The translations under genes and the position numbers were made by a program. Of a DNA stretch of 64,000 bases, positions 29,233 through 38,586 are shown in pieces (positions within the stretch are counted from its first letter, which is position 1; each line of letters starts with the position of its first letter). The notes beneath the pieces are model-generated. The model did not search any database and was not told the DNA's origin. It saw only the letters and a program-made list of their open reading frames with translations. The DNA comes from Deltaproteobacteria bacterium. GTDB lineage: Bacteria; Myxococcota; JACRCW01. Location of the stretch: positions 103,269-167,268 of the forward strand of contig JACRCW010000169.1 of NCBI GenBank assembly GCA_016218805.1. The letters are read 5' to 3'.

Positions 29233-30885
29233 TCAGGCGGGGAGCGTGAAGTCCTCGGGGAGCTTGCCTTCGCCCACTTTCCGGGGCGCGGAGGTCTCCG
29301 CCCCGCGGGCAACGCCAAAGGCCCCAACGGACTCGTGGGTGAGGTTGTTGAACAGGGGGACCTCGCGGGCCAGGTCCACCACCAGGTCACGGTGGTCCGC
29401 CTGCCGCACGTTGACGTCCAGCTGGCGCGCCAGGCCCCGGAGCGCCTTCCAGGCGGGTTGCGCGTCACCCTTGGGGGGCACGCACGCCCGCACCCGCTGC
29501 ACGCGGCCGAACGCGTTGACCCACAGCCCTTCCATCTCCGTGAACGCCGCCACGGGAATGGCCACGTCCGCCAGCTGCGCGGCGGCGTCCTTCTCGCTGG
29601 CCAGGACCACCAGGGCGTCCAGCTTGCTGAACGCCGCCTTGAGCCGGTCAAAGTCCGCGCTGGGCAGCTCCGTGCCAATGAGCACCAGCGCCTTGACCTT
29701 GCCGGACTCCACGGCGGTGAGCAGCGCGTTGCCGTCCAGCACGTCCTTGAGGCCCAGCGCGTCGTGGATGGCGGCGGCACCGCGGCGGTTGGGGTTGCGG
29801 TCGCTGACCTTGAGGAAGTTGTCACCCTTCCACGGCGCGTGGCCGGTCACCGCGTAGGTGGACGCGCGGAACAGCTGCTTCTGCAGGCTGGCGGCCAGGT
29901 AGAGGTCCTCGCTGGTGAGGTGCGGTGACACGGCCACGGCCAGCGTGGGCTTGCCCAGGTGCAAACGGACCAGCGTGGCGGCCTGGCGCAGCGCCACGTC
30001 CACGGCCACGGCCTTGTGCTCGCCGTCCTGGCGGACGGTGGCCTGCGTGAGGCGGCGTTCGCGGGCCTGGTGGTAGGTCCAGCGCCCGTCGTCACACATC
30101 CACGGGCCGTTCACCGCTGCGTTGTCCCGCGGCTTGATGCGGTAGACCTCGTTCTCCAACCGGGCCGAATCAATGACGACGTTGCAACCCCGCGCGCAGC
30201 CCGGGCAGACGCTGTCCGTGTGTTGCAGGAACCACGCGCGCTTCTGGAACCGGAAGTCCTTGCCCAGCAGCGCGCCCACCGGGCAGAGGTCCACGGTGTT
30301 CATGGCGTAGGGGTGGTCCAGCTGCTTGCCCTCCGCGCAGGCGATGACGCTGCGGTCCCCGCGGTTGATCTGCGCCAGCTGGTTGTCCAGCGCAATCTCA
30401 TCCATGAAGCGGACGCAGCGCGTGCAGTTGATGCAGCGCTCACCGTCGTAAATGATCTGCGGGCCAATGTCGTAGGTCTTGAGCTTCTGCTCCTTGTACT
30501 CGTGGAAGCGCGACGGACGGTTGCTGTGCTCAAAGAAGTTGTCCTGCAGCATGCACTCGCCGGACTTGTCACAGACGGGGCAGTCCAGCGGGTGGTTGAT
30601 GAGGATGAACTCCAGCACGCCCTTGCGGACCGCCTGGGTCTTCTCGCTGCAGGTGTCAATCTCCATGTTGTCCGCCACCAGCGTCTGGCAGGCGGGCATG
30701 GCCTTGGGCCACGGCCTCCCGTTCTGGGAGCCGTGCACCAGGCACATGCGGCAGTTGGCGGCGATGGACAGGTGCGAGTGGTAGCAGAAGATGGGGATGT
30801 CCTTCCCCGCCACCTTTGCCGCCTCCACCAGGTTGGTCCCGGGGGGAACGGTGATTTCCACTCCGTCGATCTTCAACGTGGGCAT
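29233..30885 (-). CDS. nuoG: NADH-quinone oxidoreductase subunit G (short, 550 aa)
   Basis: IPIFCYH...NCRMCLV; NHPLDCPVCDKSGECMLQD; RCINCTRCVRF; DLCPVGAL; CPGCARGC...CDDGR. Confidence 0.93.
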   Translation of the reverse strand: MPTLKIDGVEITVPPGTNLVEAAKVAGKDIPIFCYHSHLSIAANCRMCLVHGSQNGRPWPKAMPACQTLVADNMEIDTCSEKTQAVRKGVLEFILINHPLDCPVCDKSGECMLQDNFFEHSNRPSRFHEYKEQKLKTYDIGPQIIYDGERCINCTRCVRFMDEIALDNQLAQINRGDRSVIACAEGKQLDHPYAMNTVDLCPVGALLGKDFRFQKRAWFLQHTDSVCPGCARGCNVVIDSARLENEVYRIKPRDNAAVNGPWMCDDGRWTYHQARERRLTQATVRQDGEHKAVAVDVALRQAATLVRLHLGKPTLAVAVSPHLTSEDLYLAASLQKQLFRASTYAVTGHAPWKGDNFLKVSDRNPNRRGAAAIHDALGLKDVLDGNALLTAVESGKVKALVLIGTELPSADFDRLKAAFSKLDALVVLASEKDAAAQLADVAIPVAAFTEMEGLWVNAFGRVQRVRACVPPKGDAQPAWKALRGLARQLDVNVRQADHRDLVVDLAREVPLFNNLTHESVGAFGVARGAETSAPRKVGEGKLPEDFTLPA

Positions 30886-31178
30886 GGGGCCTCACCGGCG
30901 CGTTGCGCCTGACGACAAAACCGGGCGCGTCCTACTTGAACCCCCCCGGCCAAGCAAGGCCCCGTCTCCGACGACACGGGCGGCCTGCGGGGCAGTCGGT
31001 CCGCTCGCGCTCGTGCCCGTGACGGCGGCCGGCGAGGACCCCGGCCCAGCGTTGTGAACGCGTCGCCCGGCTCCCGCATGCCGCCGCCAGGTGCAGGCAA
31101 CACGGTCCGGCGCGGCCGTCGACACGTCGCAGGGCTTGGGAAAGGGGAGCGCGCCCTGGCAACCCTGATGGTCGCCGT

Positions 31179-31205
31179 AAAGTGTCTCATTTAATGAGAC
31201 ACTTT
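31179..31205. promoter_or_regulatory. Perfect 27-bp palindrome AAAGTGTCTCATT-T-AATGAGACACTTT, probable operator or recombination-type site
   Basis: 13-bp perfect inverted repeat with a 1-nt spacer. AT-rich, in the ~470-bp gap upstream of nuoG. Confidence 0.7.
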
Positions 31206-31358
31206 CCGCCCATGGGCCCAGGCAGCCTCGGCGGCGCTTGGCGCGCTCCCTCTTCCAAGCCCAACCCGACCCGGGCCGTCTCGAGCACTCATTCCCCGGG
31301 CGGGCGCCTGGCCAGGAGGTTGCCGAGCAGTGGTCGAGTTTTCCGGCGGGCCATGCCG

Positions 31359-32282
31359 TCAGCGCCGCAACGACCGCGAGATGGTCCCCGCCAGGTCCGT
31401 GCCGGACTCCTTCACGAACGGCACCTCGGTGACCGCGCCCTGGGCGGCGCCCTTGAGGCGTTCAATCTCCGCGTGGGCGCGCGCGCCGCGTTCGCTGCCG
31501 GCCAGCGTCTCGCCCACCCACTGACGCAGCGGCTCGGGACCGGTCTCACGCAGGTTGCCCAGCAGCGCCACGTCCTCCGGGTGCATGGGCAGGTGCGGAA
31601 CGGCGTTGACCACCACGTGGCCCACGGGCACGTTGAGGTCCCGCGCGCGGGTGACCAGCTCAATGGTCTCATTGATGGGCAGTTCTTCCGCCAGCGTGAC
31701 AACAACCAGCGCGGTCTGCTTGGCATCATGCGTCAGCCGCAGCAGTTCCACGGCGCGGCGGTACAGCGGGCCCACGCGCACCAGCCGCATCACCGCGCGC
31801 GGTGTGCTGAGCAGTGCCAGCGCATGCCCGGACGCGGGCAGGTCCACAATGACCGGGCTGAACGGTCCACCGGGCTCCTGGTCTGACCGCGCGCGGTCCA
31901 TGCGGTGCAGCAGCGTCATCTCCATCACGGAGGGCGCGGAGTGGATGAACGTGCGGACCACGCGGTTACCCAGGAACGCGTCCACCAGCCGCCGCGCCCC
32001 CAGCATGTCCGCAATGAGGTCCACCAACGCTTCGCGGAAGTCGATGTACATGCCCCAGACGCCCTGGCCCACGTCGGTGGCGGCGCTCCCCTCATCCCGC
32101 GGCCCCAACAGGCGCCCCACGGTGGGGCGTCCATCACAGGACACCACCAGCGGCTTCTTCCCGCGCGCCACCGCGGCCAGCGCCAGTGCGGCGCTCACGG
32201 ACGTCTTGCCCACGCCGCCCTTGCCCGTCACCAGCAGCACGCGGCGTTCCAGCAGGGCATCCAGTTCGACGGGGGAGGACAT
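31359..32282 (-). CDS. ArsA/Get3-like P-loop ATPase (single domain)
   Basis: VTGKGGVGKTSVSAALA; VIVDLPASGH; VTLAEELPINET; VVVN. Confidence 0.88.
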   Translation of the reverse strand: MSSPVELDALLERRVLLVTGKGGVGKTSVSAALALAAVARGKKPLVVSCDGRPTVGRLLGPRDEGSAATDVGQGVWGMYIDFREALVDLIADMLGARRLVDAFLGNRVVRTFIHSAPSVMEMTLLHRMDRARSDQEPGGPFSPVIVDLPASGHALALLSTPRAVMRLVRVGPLYRRAVELLRLTHDAKQTALVVVTLAEELPINETIELVTRARDLNVPVGHVVVNAVPHLPMHPEDVALLGNLRETGPEPLRQWVGETLAGSERGARAHAEIERLKGAAQGAVTEVPFVKESGTDLAGTISRSLRR

Positions 32283-32399
32283 CGCGTCGGCGACCCTTAG
32301 TCATGCGGACACGCCCGGACAAGCGCGGCTGGCGCATCGACTCCGCCCCGCGGTCCTCCCACGTGCAGCCCGTAGCCCGCTCTGCCACAATGACGCCTG

Positions 32400-34367
32400 A
32401 TGCGCCTGTCCCTCTCCGCCCGTGTGTTTGCCGGCTTCCTGGCGGTGCTGGCCCTGTTTGGGCTCACCGTGGGGTTTGGTCTGCTGCGCATGCACGCCAT
32501 CCGGGAGAACCTGCGGTACACGGCGGACACGTACGTGGCCCTGACGCGCAACCTGGCGCAGGTGAAGACGCTGCTGGACATCCGGGATGACTACACGGAA
32601 CGCGCGTTGTCTGAGGCCAACCCGCAGGTCCGCACCTACCTGGTGCGCTACGCGCGGGACTTCTACCCGCTGGCCATCCGCACGCGCATGACGGAGGCGC
32701 GCAACGGTCTGCAGCGCGCGCTGGCCGGGCCGGTGACGGACACGGAGCAGCGCTTCCTGGCGGACGGGTTGGAGCGCCTGCGCCGCATGGAAGAGGGCGA
32801 AGCGGCCACCGAGGAGGCGCTGCTGGAGCTGTTTGACCGCGCGGACATGGCGGAGGCGGACCGGGCGGTGGCCAAGGAGAAGGCGCGGGACCGGGCCAGC
32901 GGGCTGGTGAAGGAGGCGCGCCTGCTGTCCCTCAACGTGGATGAGCGCGTGGTGCAGGCGGTGCTGCAGGCGGAGCGGGACGAGCTGAGCGCCGCGTGGG
33001 GGTTCATCACGCTGTCCCTGGTGGCACTGCTGCTGGGGTCCCTGGTGACCTGGTGGGTGGCGCGCGGCGTGCGGCCGCTGCGGCAGCTGGGGGAGAGCGC
33101 CCACGCGCTGGCGCGCGGCACGTATGACGTGGAGTTCCCGTCGGACACGGTGGAAGAGGTGGCGGCGCTCAGCGGCGAGCTGCGCGCGCTGGCCCAGGCG
33201 CTGCGCGAACGCGAGGGCGCACTGGCCCGCGGCAACGAGGAGCTCACGCGCCTCAAGGCGTTCCTGGAGAGCGTGTTGGCCAGTGCGCGCGCCGGCATTG
33301 TCGTGGCGGACGGCGCGTTGAAGGTGCGCCGGCTCAATCCCGCGGCGCGCTCCGCCATGCAGCTGGGGATCCTGGAGGTGGAGGGGCGGCCGCTGGAGGA
33401 CCTGCCGGCGTGGCCGTTGCTGCGCCCGCATGAGGCGGCCCTCAAGCGGGCGGCCCAGGGCGGTGACGGCGTGCACCTGACCGGCGTGGCGCTGGCGCGG
33501 CCGGATGGCACGGAGATGCAGCTGGACGTGGACGTGGAGCCGCTGCGGGACCCGCGCAGTGCCACGCCGGTGTCCGGCGTGGTGGTGCTGTTGACGGACG
33601 TCACTGAGCGGGAACGCGCGCGCGAGCGCCTGACGGCGACGGAGCGGCTGGCCGCGGTGGGCCACCTGGCCGCGCAGGTGGCGCACGAGATCCGCAACCC
33701 GCTGTCCTCCATTGGCCTGAACTGCGCGCTGCTGGAGGACGAACTTGCCGACGTGGCCGGCGAACGTGCCCCGGAGGTGGGCAACCTGCTGCGCGCCATT
33801 GGCCGCGAGATTGACCGGCTGGCGGAGCTGACCGAGGGCTACCTGCGGCACGCCCGGCCCTCGCGCGGGCTGTCCCAGGCGGTGCCGCTCAATGACGTGG
33901 TGGAGGACCTGGCCAACCTGGTCCGGGACGACCTGCGCCGCCGGGGCATCACCCTGGTGAGCGTGCTGTCCCCGGACGCGGGGCAGGTGCGCGCGGACGC
34001 CGGCGGCCTGCGGCAGGTGCTGCTCAATCTGGTCCGCAACGCCGGCGAGGCGGTGGCCGGCCGCCCCGGCGGCACCGTCCGCCTGGCCACCGCCCGCGGT
34101 GACGACGGGCGGGTCCTGCTCACCGTGGACGACAACGGCCCGGGGGTGCCCGCGGACCTGCGGGAGCGCATCTTTGAACCGTTCTTCACCACCAAGGACG
34201 CGGGCAGTGGGCTGGGTCTGTCCGGCAGCCGCGCCGCGCTCAAGGAACACAGTGCCGAGCTGCATTGCACGGAGGGGACACTGGGGGGCGCGCGGTTTGT
34301 GGTGACGCTCCTGGGCGCCTCCCCGCGGGACGCGGCGGCCGCACCGCCCGCCGTGGCGGACGCATGA
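32400..34367 (+). CDS. Membrane sensor histidine kinase (TM-sensor-TM-HAMP-PAS-HisKA-HATPase)
   Basis: AHEIRNPL; QVLLNLVRNA; DNGPG; FEPFFTTK; GSGLGL. Confidence 0.95.
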   Translation: MRLSLSARVFAGFLAVLALFGLTVGFGLLRMHAIRENLRYTADTYVALTRNLAQVKTLLDIRDDYTERALSEANPQVRTYLVRYARDFYPLAIRTRMTEARNGLQRALAGPVTDTEQRFLADGLERLRRMEEGEAATEEALLELFDRADMAEADRAVAKEKARDRASGLVKEARLLSLNVDERVVQAVLQAERDELSAAWGFITLSLVALLLGSLVTWWVARGVRPLRQLGESAHALARGTYDVEFPSDTVEEVAALSGELRALAQALREREGALARGNEELTRLKAFLESVLASARAGIVVADGALKVRRLNPAARSAMQLGILEVEGRPLEDLPAWPLLRPHEAALKRAAQGGDGVHLTGVALARPDGTEMQLDVDVEPLRDPRSATPVSGVVVLLTDVTERERARERLTATERLAAVGHLAAQVAHEIRNPLSSIGLNCALLEDELADVAGERAPEVGNLLRAIGREIDRLAELTEGYLRHARPSRGLSQAVPLNDVVEDLANLVRDDLRRRGITLVSVLSPDAGQVRADAGGLRQVLLNLVRNAGEAVAGRPGGTVRLATARGDDGRVLLTVDDNGPGVPADLRERIFEPFFTTKDAGSGLGLSGSRAALKEHSAELHCTEGTLGGARFVVTLLGASPRDAAAAPPAVADA

Positions 34368-34446
34368 GCGCGCGGGCACCGTCGTCAGCCCTACCGCACC
34401 GTGGGGCCCTGCCCTATGATGCGTCCCCCCGGGGGCTTTGAGAGTC

Positions 34447-35706
34447 ATGAACGTCGCTGCCGAATCGGTCAAGCTTGCCGATGCCGTCCGCCTCAAGCGC
34501 GGTGTGGACATCACCCAGCTGCCGCTGGGCGCCCAGGAAGGCTTCATCCTGTCCCGGGTGGACGGCCGCACCGTCGTCAAGGACCTGGTGGCCTCCACCG
34601 GCCTGCCGCAGGACGTGGTGCTGGACGCGCTGAAATTCCTCCTCAAGCTGGGCGTGGTGCACAAGGACTACAACCCCACGGAGGACGCGGAGGCGGATGC
34701 CGCGGACGGCCCCCCTGAGGTCCTCCCGCAGGAACTGGCGGACGAGCCGTGTGACCTGGCCGCTGACGCGCGCCTGCGCATCCTGCAGGTGGAGTATGAG
34801 ACCACGCGCGGCACCCACTACGGCGTGCTGGGCCTCAAGCGCGCCGCCAGCCAGGCGGAGATCAAGCAGGCCTACCGGGAGACGTCCCGCGAGTTCCACC
34901 CCGACGCGTTCTTCCGCAAGAACCTGGGCTCCTTCAAGGCGCGCCTGGAGAAGATCTTCAAGCACGTCAAGAAGGCCTATGACGTCCTGTCCGACGAGAC
35001 CGCCCGCCGCGAGTACGACAAGGCCCTGCCGCCGCCGCCCGCGCCCCGTCCCAAGACCCCCAAGGCCCCCGCGGTGCCGCCGCCCCCGGACTGGCGGCTG
35101 GACCCCAAGCGCGTCAAGGAGGCGGAAGAGCGCCGCCTCAAGCGCAACCCCATGGTGCAGCGCGTGGAGCGCGCGCAGCGGCACCTGGCCAAGGCGCGCG
35201 AATTGCTGGCCGCCAAACAGCTGGCCCAGGCGGCCAACGAGATAGGTCTGGCTTCCGCGCAGGACCCCTGGAATGAGGACGTCCGGCAGCTCCAGGACCA
35301 GATCAACCAGCAGGTGCGGGATGACAAGTTTGCCAAGGCGGTGGCGCGCATTGAGCTGGCCACCGCCGCCGGCGCCGGTTTCAATCCGGAGCAGGAGGAG
35401 AAGGAGCTGGCGGAAGCGGTCCGGTCCGCCATGGAGATGGAGGGGGCCTCCGCGGCCATCTACGTCAAGCTGGGCCGCGCGCTCATCAAGGGCGGCCACC
35501 CCAAGCTGGCCAAGGGCCCCGCGGACCGCGCGCTCAAGTTGGCCCCTGATGACGACAAAGCCATCATGCTGACCGTGGACCTGCTGGAGGATGCCCGCCT
35601 GTTCCACAATGCCGTGCGGCTGTTGGAGAAGGCCCACCAGGCCAACCCCAGCCCGGAGCGCGCGGAGCGCATCCAGAGGCTGCGCAAGGCGGCCGACAGG
35701 AAGTAG
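34447..35706 (+). CDS. J-domain protein with an N-terminal winged-helix-like segment and C-terminal TPR-like helices
   Basis: HYGVLGL...EIKQAYR...FHPD...AYDVLSD...REYD; EGFILSRVDG N-terminal motif. Confidence 0.9.
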   Translation: MNVAAESVKLADAVRLKRGVDITQLPLGAQEGFILSRVDGRTVVKDLVASTGLPQDVVLDALKFLLKLGVVHKDYNPTEDAEADAADGPPEVLPQELADEPCDLAADARLRILQVEYETTRGTHYGVLGLKRAASQAEIKQAYRETSREFHPDAFFRKNLGSFKARLEKIFKHVKKAYDVLSDETARREYDKALPPPPAPRPKTPKAPAVPPPPDWRLDPKRVKEAEERRLKRNPMVQRVERAQRHLAKARELLAAKQLAQAANEIGLASAQDPWNEDVRQLQDQINQQVRDDKFAKAVARIELATAAGAGFNPEQEEKELAEAVRSAMEMEGASAAIYVKLGRALIKGGHPKLAKGPADRALKLAPDDDKAIMLTVDLLEDARLFHNAVRLLEKAHQANPSPERAERIQRLRKAADRK

Positions 35707-35766
35707 GGTGCGGCCCGGGGTCCGCCGCCAGCATCGCAGGGGCGCCGGCCGAGACGGAGCGTGGGG

Positions 35767-37602
35767 ATGGCCAGCAACAAAGTGATTGGCATTGACCTGG
35801 GGACCACCAACAGCTGCGTCGCCGTCATGGAGAACGGCGCGCCACGCGTGATTCCCAACAAGGGTGGCTACAAGACCACGCCGTCCGTGATCGCCGCGGC
35901 GGAGAACGGCCGCCGCCTCGTGGGGCAGATTGCCAAGCGGCAGGCGGTGACCAACGCGGAGAACACCGTCTACGCGGCCAAGCGGATCATTGGCCGCAAG
36001 TGGGGGCACCCCGCCGTGGAGACCGCCCGCCACGCCGTGCCGTACGCCATTGTGGAGGGGCCGCACGGGGACGTGCGCGTGCGCCTGCGCGGCCGGGATC
36101 ACTCCATCCCGGAGCTGTCCGGCGCTGTGCTGGCGGAGATGAAGAAGGTGGCCGAGGACTTCCTGGGCGAGCCGGTGGAGAAGGCCGTCATCACCATCCC
36201 CGCCTACTTCAACGACGGGCAGCGCCAGGCCACCAAGGACGCCGGCGTCATTGCCGGGCTGGACGTCATCCGCATCATCAATGAGCCCACCGCCGCGGCG
36301 CTCGCCTTTGGCTTTGGCAAGAAGCTGCAGAAGACCGTGTGCGTGTTTGACCTGGGCGGCGGCACGTTTGACATCTCCATCCTGGACATTGGTGACGGCG
36401 TCTATGAGGTGGTGTGCGCGGCCGGGGATACCTTCCTGGGCGGTGAGGACTTTGACAACCGCGTGATTGACTGGCTGGCATTTGGGTTCATGAAGGACCA
36501 GAACGTGGACCTGCGGCAGGACCGCATGGCCCTGCAGCGCCTCAAGGACGCCGCGGAAACCGCCAAGTGCGAGCTGTCCACGGCGGACACCACCTCCATC
36601 AACCTGCCCTTCATCATCACCCCGCCGGGCGGCGGTGAGGCCCTGCACCTGCAGACCACGCTGCCCCGCCAGAAGCTGGAGGAGCTCACCGCGGACCTGG
36701 TGGACCGCTGCATCCAGATCACGGACCGCGCCCTCAAGGACGCCGGCCTCACCGTCAAGGACATTGGCGACGTGCTCCTGGTGGGCGGCATGACCCGCAT
36801 GCCCATTGTGCAGCACCGCGTGGAGGAGTTCTTCAAGCGCTCCCCCAACAAGGGCGTCCACCCGGACGAGGTGGTGGCCTTGGGCGCCGCCGTGCAGGGC
36901 GCCGCCCTCATGGAGCAGGAGGCCGGCAAGAAGCCGGACATGCTGCTGCTGGACGTGACGTCCCACAACCTGGGCATCATGGTGGCCGGCGGCTACCTGC
37001 AGACCCTCATTGAGGCCAACACCACCGTGCCCTGCAGCGCGTCCCACCTGTTCACCACGGTGCGGGACAACCAGACGCAGGTGAAGATTGTGGTGCTGCA
37101 GGGCAATGAGCGCCGCGCGGAGGACAATGAAGTCCTGGGCGAGTTCCTGCTCACCGGCCTGCGCGACGCGCCGCGCGGGCAGGTCACCGTGGAGGTGACC
37201 TTTGAGATCAACAGCGACGGCATTGTGAGCGTGCACGCGCGGGACACGGAGACCGGCGCGCAGCAGTCCATCACCGTCACCACGGCCAGCGCCCTGACCG
37301 ACGACGAGATGAAGGGCATCCTGGAGGCCAACAAGGCCGAGGCCCTGGCCAGCAAGAGCCGCGACCAGACCGACCAGACGCGCCTGGAGTGTGAGCGCCT
37401 GCTGCGGGATATCGACAAGTTGTGGCCTGAGGCCGAGAAGGTGTTTGGTGCCACGGAGGCCGGCAAGGCCACGCTGCGCAACAGCAAGTCCGCCGTGGAG
37501 AAGGCCCGCGCGGACGTGGCGGGCGGCGACAAGGCAGCGCTCCAGGAGACGCTGGGCGTGCTGCAGCGCACCCACCAGCTGGTGAAGGGCGCGGCCCGCT
37601 GA
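35767..37602 (+). CDS. dnaK: Hsp70/DnaK-family chaperone (specialised paralog)
   Basis: [10 protein letters not shown]; [17 protein letters not shown]; IINEPTAAA; [12 protein letters not shown]; LVGGMTRMP; DMLLLDV. Short C-terminus without the usual acidic tail. Confidence 0.93.
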   Translation: MASNKVIGIDLGTTNSCVAVMENGAPRVIPNKGGYKTTPSVIAAAENGRRLVGQIAKRQAVTNAENTVYAAKRIIGRKWGHPAVETARHAVPYAIVEGPHGDVRVRLRGRDHSIPELSGAVLAEMKKVAEDFLGEPVEKAVITIPAYFNDGQRQATKDAGVIAGLDVIRIINEPTAAALAFGFGKKLQKTVCVFDLGGGTFDISILDIGDGVYEVVCAAGDTFLGGEDFDNRVIDWLAFGFMKDQNVDLRQDRMALQRLKDAAETAKCELSTADTTSINLPFIITPPGGGEALHLQTTLPRQKLEELTADLVDRCIQITDRALKDAGLTVKDIGDVLLVGGMTRMPIVQHRVEEFFKRSPNKGVHPDEVVALGAAVQGAALMEQEAGKKPDMLLLDVTSHNLGIMVAGGYLQTLIEANTTVPCSASHLFTTVRDNQTQVKIVVLQGNERRAEDNEVLGEFLLTGLRDAPRGQVTVEVTFEINSDGIVSVHARDTETGAQQSITVTTASALTDDEMKGILEANKAEALASKSRDQTDQTRLECERLLRDIDKLWPEAEKVFGATEAGKATLRNSKSAVEKARADVAGGDKAALQETLGVLQRTHQLVKGAAR

Positions 37603-37715
37603 CCTGCCGGGCCCGGCCGTTTTCTTCCCCCGCGTGCTGCCGCGCTGGTACGCTCCTCCTCCGGCGCCCGCAGCCGTCTGTGGGGCGCGCGCGGAAGGGC
37701 TCCGGGTAGACCGCC

Positions 37716-38288
37716 ATGAAGATCACCCCCCTGGACATCCAGCAGCAGCGGTTCCGCACCGGCTGGCGCGGCCTGGACCGCGCCGAGGTGGACGCGTTCC
37801 TCAACCTCGTGGCCAGTGAGTTTGAGGCGCTCATCCGGGAGAACCATGACCTCAAAGAGGAGCTGCGCCGGGCGCGCAACCTCATTGACCAGTTCCGCGA
37901 GCGCGAACAGGCGCTCAAGGACACGATGATCACCGCGCAGAAGATCACCGAGGACATCAAGCACGCGGCCCGCAAGGACGCGGAGATTGTGGTGGGCCAG
38001 GCGGAGCTGGAGGCGGAGAAGATCCTCCAGAACGCGCACAGCCGGCTCATCACCATCATTGATGACATCCACGAGCTCAAACGCCAGCGCGCGCTGCTGC
38101 GCGAGAACCTGCGCAGCGTGCTGGACACGCACCACAAGCTCCTGGAGGTCCACAAGGAAGAGGAGCTGGAGACGCGCGCCATTGAAGACAAGCTCAAGGC
38201 GCTGCCCCGCAAGGGTCCCCGCCCCGTGGAGACGGAGCCGGCGCCCGCCACGGATCCCCAGAACTCGCCCCGCCGCGGCGCCGGCTGA
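37716..38288 (+). CDS. divIVA: DivIVA domain protein
   Basis: MKITPLDIQQQRF...RGLDRAEVDAFL followed by a long coiled coil. Confidence 0.92.
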   Translation: MKITPLDIQQQRFRTGWRGLDRAEVDAFLNLVASEFEALIRENHDLKEELRRARNLIDQFREREQALKDTMITAQKITEDIKHAARKDAEIVVGQAELEAEKILQNAHSRLITIIDDIHELKRQRALLRENLRSVLDTHHKLLEVHKEEELETRAIEDKLKALPRKGPRPVETEPAPATDPQNSPRRGAG

Positions 38289-38291
38289 GCG

Positions 38292-38582
38292 GTGCCCGCC
38301 TGGCTGGAGACCCGCGCCGGGGGCGTCACGCTGCGCGTCTTTGTGAAGCCGCGCGCCTCACGCACCCGCGTGGTGGGTGAACATGAGGGCGAGCTGGCCA
38401 TCCAGCTGGCCGCACCACCCGTGGACGGCGCCGCCAACGACGAGCTGACCGCGTTCCTGGCCAAGACGCTGGGTGTGGCGCGCCGGCAGGTGGAACTGGT
38501 GGGCGGGGATGCCTCGCGTCACAAGCGGCTGCACGTCACCGGCGTGGACGCCGCCGCCGCCGCCGCCGCGCTGGCTCCCTGA
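38292..38582 (+). CDS. yggU: DUF167/YggU family protein
   Basis: VKPRASR...APPVDGAANDEL..FLA...GDASRHK. Confidence 0.92.
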   Translation: MPAWLETRAGGVTLRVFVKPRASRTRVVGEHEGELAIQLAAPPVDGAANDELTAFLAKTLGVARRQVELVGGDASRHKRLHVTGVDAAAAAAALAP

Positions 38583-38586
38583 CGCG

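Noticed and set aside
34414-37575. 1053-aa antisense ORF, and other long shadow ORFs such as 32301..34664, 16854..18944 and 23808..25538
   Set aside because: They lie opposite well-supported genes. Stop-free antisense frames are expected at this GC content and are well known opposite dnaK.
37603-37630. Intrinsic terminator after the Hsp70 gene (gccgggcccggc...ttttctt)
   Set aside because: The stem has almost no loop and the U-tract is short and interrupted; too weak to call.
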